The notes under the pieces are model-generated. The model saw only the letters and a program-made list of their open reading frames with translations. It ran no database searches and was not told the origin of the DNA. DNA of 64,000 nucleotides from Chiloscyllium plagiosum (Eukaryota), in the NCBI RefSeq assembly GCF_004010195.1, contig NC_057720.1, positions 32,635,046 to 32,699,045 on the forward strand, read 5' to 3'. The translations under genes and the position numbers were made by a program. Shown here piece after piece: positions 61,576 to 64,000 of the stretch (its first letter is position 1; the number at the start of each line of letters is the position of its first letter).

Positions 61576-63059
61576 ATAATTGTAAGATTCAGCTGATAGT
61601 AACTGCATTTTTTTCTTTCAATCAATCTTTAAAGGTCTCATTTTTGAAGTTCAAAGTGCAGGTGAATTCATTGATCCAGCACTTTAGGTTACTCCGCACA
61701 ACATGTTACACATTTGAGGCAAGTGTCACTAACTTTGCATTAGACTCGTTTAATATTCTACTTAACTTTTTGTGAACTGATACACTGAGCGTGTTTAGCT
61801 GAAAATCAATAGCTGTCTTTATTGAAGTGTGTAATCATCACAAAAGAAGACTATTTGACCTATTGTGTCTTTGCTGGTTCTCTGTGTCTCTGTCTCAGTC
61901 AGTTTTGCATTTAACATTATTTTCTGTTTGAATTTCTTCCATAAGAAATTATTCTCCTTCTTTGAATGCTCTTCCACTCTATGACACTGTTTGTTTAATT
62001 CTTTGATTGTCTGACAAGGATAGTTATACTTACTCTTTATATTCTCTAGCAAAATGGCAATATATTTTCCCTCAGCATGCTAAAATAAATGCTTGACATT
62101 AATATGCTCACATTTTCTTGACCACTGGATTCATCTGCTGTTGGTCAGTTGGGTCTATTTAGGTTTTGCTGCATTAAGCTATATATCTGTTTGTTGGACA
62201 TTATTTATTGAAGACCTGGTTCAAAAGTGATACACTAGTTGTATCTTGCTGGGTCCAGATCTCTGCAAGTGAATTGCTGTCTGTAGACAGGAACACTGGA
62301 AATTCCCTTCCAGGGTTTTATCCGATGGGTCAGTGTAACTTCAGCAGATCTGTGAAAATTCTGTTTACCCGGTTTATACAAGGTTTTGGTAAAGGTTATG
62401 ATGGAAATTCCCAGCAGGAGTACTTTTCCTTAAAACTGACTGTGACTCGACCACTTCTTGTTCTGACTACAATTCTGTCTTTCATAACACTGTCTGTTTA
62501 CCATTTTCTCTCCAGTCTTTTACAAATCAATCTGCCTTCTACGTTGGTTTGAAATACTTTATTTGTTGCAATGGTTCTGTTCAAGTATTCATCTGTAATG
62601 TGCAATATTTATTGAACATGTTCATTATAATCCTATCATATCTCATCCAGTGAAGTGAATGCCTGTACTTTCCATGTATTATTTCCTAAAGCAGTTATTC
62701 TTGGACATGACTAACAGTGTTATTTTGACTTGCTCTATACATTGAGACTAGAAGGGACATGCAGCAAGTCAGCATCACTGTGAGGTGGACTGGGAGAGTG
62801 GACTTGCATAAGGAGGTTAGCAGCCATGGGAGGTACAAACTAATGACAGAGAGTCCCTTCAACTTATTTTTGTTTTGTCAGAATGGAACTGTGAAATCAC
62901 AGGAAAATATGTAGGTGATTTGTGGGCATTTCTTCCATGAGTGCTTTGGTTAGCCAAGTGGTTTAAATCAGGAGATGTTATTACAACTGAAGAGTACAGT
63001 TAGGAAATTCACTGTTAAAACATAGAACATCCAATTCAATTAGTTAAATAGAATAGAGA

Positions 63060-64000
63060 TGGCTAGGCAAGGTGATGTATTGCAGCTTTAGCATGTGGGA
63101 GCTTGTACAATTCACAATAACCACATTCGTATAAGTTTTGGCTGCTTGAAGGACTTCGGCTCAGAGTTGATTAACTGGAATCCAAGCTGCGGACCCTGCA
63201 CTGCATCAGGGAGGGGGAAAGTGGCCTGGATAATACGTTTCAGGAGAAGTTAGGAATTAATTACATCAAATTGCGATTATGATCAGGGACAGGAGGGTGT
63301 GACTGCAAGTGAGGCAAATATTGGGATCCAGAATTTAGCTTCAGAGAAGCCTCAGCCAGTGTCCTTTTCCTGCATAGGTACATGGTTCCTGCTCCCGGTG
63401 TGGACACAGGCTGCAGAGGGGATGAACAAACTGACAAAACCAGATGGTACAGTATATCATTCAAGTGGGGAGAAAAGAGAATTATTGTAGTTTTACAGGA
63501 TAGCATAGAGTTGAAAGGTGTGGCACTGGAAAAAGCACAACAGGTCAGGCAGCATCCAAGGAGCAGGAGAGTTGACGTTTTGGGCATAAACCCTTAATCA
63601 CAACTGTGCTACTTCTCAGATGCTGCCTGATCTGCCGTGCTTTTCCAGCGCCACACTTTTCAACTCCTACTTCCCAGCATCTGCAAACCTGACTTTCTGC
63701 TATGGGATAGCATAATTAAGGGAAGAGATCGTGTTTTCTGCAGCAAAGATGGAGAATCCTGAATGGCTATTTGCCTACCTAGTGCCACTTCAAAATAACT
63801 CCTCTGGGGTGGAAAAAAACTTGGAATCAGAGGAGAAGGATCTAGATGTTGTGGATTTTGTAGGTACAAAAGATATAAGTAGGACAGGAAAACAGGACAT
63901 GGTCATGGATTACGACAACTTGGGACTGATTTGAAAAGCAGAATGATAGAGGGAATAATCTCAGGATTATCAACTGAGCCAAGTGCATTTTGGCATCATG
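63060..64000 (+). mobile_element. CR1 LINE 5' part: decayed ORF1 with SGNH esterase domain, interrupted by a family A palindrome (63508-63700)
   Basis: LESKLRTLHCIREGES and IIVV..DSI/IKGRDRVFCS...CLPSA are CR1 ORF1 motifs; insertion TSD ggatagcata (63498-63507 / 63705-63714). Confidence 0.8.

Noticed and set aside
61819..62720. Minus ORF 61819-62052 and adjacent biased sequence as a host exon
   Set aside because: No recognisable domain; more likely a very old LINE remnant, but I cannot support either call.

Overview
Eukaryotic (vertebrate) repeat-rich, mostly non-coding DNA from a draft assembly with three N gaps (4523-5022, 6074-6892, 26082-26727). The repeat complement (HE1-type V-SINEs sharing a 3' tail with HER1/CR1 LINEs, DeuSINEs, Penelope-like elements) points to a cartilaginous fish, probably a shark (inference). 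The only host coding sequence I can recognise is a single type II cadherin (CDH7-like) segment at ~1266-1403. It keeps its conserved splice donor but is fused, with no acceptor, to the last codons of the preceding exon. The rest is a layered transposon landscape: many CR1 fragments, a Rex1/Babar LINE, a TSD-bounded Gmr1-like LTR element (PR directly followed by IN), two older Gypsy relics, Harbinger relics and several SINE families. The most striking pattern is a dense set of short, often palindromic, TSD-flanked Penelope-derived insertions from four sequence families, each family carrying a minimal hammerhead ribozyme core. A candidate minus-strand promoter and non-coding first exon lies at ~22374-22880. 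Most ORFs in the supplied track are repeat-derived or gap artefacts. All family assignments are by eye from remembered consensus motifs, with no database search.
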